A DNA stretch of 64,000 nt from positions 114,764,001 through 114,828,000 of the forward strand of contig NC_086107.1 of NCBI RefSeq assembly GCF_963921235.1. The letters are read 5' to 3'. Numbering within the stretch: position 1 is the stretch's first letter; each line of letters opens with the position of its first letter. This stretch comes from Mobula hypostoma (lineage: Eukaryota). Shown piece by piece: positions 63,110 through 64,000 of this stretch. A model generated the notes under the pieces. The model searched no databases and was not told the DNA's origin. It saw nothing but the letters and a program-made list of their open reading frames with translations. The translations under genes and the position numbers were made by a program.

Positions 63110-63190
63110 GGGAGGGAGGCACATGCGCAGAGGAAGGACGCCACGTGCAGCGGGGTGGGGGGGAGAAGAGGCATGCGCAGACAGGTACAT
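63110..63190. promoter_or_regulatory. Small motif cluster: two NRF1-type CATGCGCA sites flanking a CACGTG E-box
   Basis: CATGCGCA 63122-63129, CACGTG 63142-63147, GCATGCGCA 63171-63179, followed by ag|gtacat. Confidence 0.4.
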
Positions 63191-64000
63191 TGTCGATGGT
63201 TTGGGTAGCGCCCAGCTCTGGCACTGTCCACTGCTCCATGCTGCCAACTGTGTAAAACTGAGGAAACAGGCTGAAAAGCCAAATGTTAATGCACTGGTTC
63301 AGCAAACGATCAGGAGGGCAAAAGAGAGAATGATTTAGTCTTCCTTTAATTTTGTTTACAATAGTTTTAATTTATTTCCTGAATCCTGAAAGCCTGATGG
63401 ATTTTTTTTTTGATTTGCAATTGTAAGATATGGTGGACGATTTTGGATTCCTTAGGTGAGAAGAGGTGAAGGATGTTTACAAGGTTATTTTTTTAATGGA
63501 GTGGTGAGTGCTTGGACTCTGTTGCCAAAGGGGGTGATGGAAGCAGATACAATAGAGATGTTTATGATAGAAGGGCCTGTTCTGGTATGGGGTTTACATT
63601 GCCACACGTACGGATATACAGTTCATGCAGATCAGATCATTGCGCATTGCATTGAGGTAGAATAGGGTAAAATAGTAGCAGAGCGCAGAGAAAGTACAGT
63701 GCAGTTAAACAAAAGGGTCCAGGATCCTAACTGATGGAGGTCAAGTGATAGGTTAAGGGTACATCTTATCGTACTCTGCAACAGTGAGGTGGATGCTGTC
63801 CGTGAGTCTGGTTGTATGAGTTTTCCAGAATGCAATACTGTGGATGCAGCCTACCCAGATTTCTGGATTTGGAATTGGTTTATTATTGTCCGTGAACCGA
63901 GATACAGTGCAAAACTTGTCTTGCATACTGTTCGTACAGATCAATTCATTGCACAGTGCATGGTAAAAATTCAAAGTAAATTTATTATCAAAGACATATG

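Overview
Vertebrate genomic DNA. The repeat families (CR1, Rex1/Babar, Penelope, V-SINE) suggest a cartilaginous fish, probably a ray or shark; this is an inference. Most of the window is nested, decayed transposable elements. The only recognisable host coding sequence is at 989-11623 (+). There, seven GT-AG exons (plus a probable short terminal exon) splice in frame into two tandem VWA/integrin alpha I-domains with the four-exon layout of leukocyte integrins (ITGAM/ITGAX/ITGAD-like). The first exon of domain 1 lies upstream of the window. Unlike an integrin, I-domain 1 splices directly into a second I-domain. No beta-propeller, leg or transmembrane exons are visible afterwards, and the gene appears to end in a short Cys-containing exon with an ATTAAA signal. 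The last exon of domain 2 has an in-frame TGA. Downstream are an I/Nimb-type LINE, a chromoviral Gypsy element, a Buster-type hAT, Hero-like RLE fragments, Tc1/mariner elements, Penelope remnants carrying minimal hammerhead ribozymes, several minisatellites, and a TE-free CpG-island promoter (about 45.5-48.5 kb) of an unidentified gene, probably on the + strand. Repeat boundaries are approximate, read by eye.
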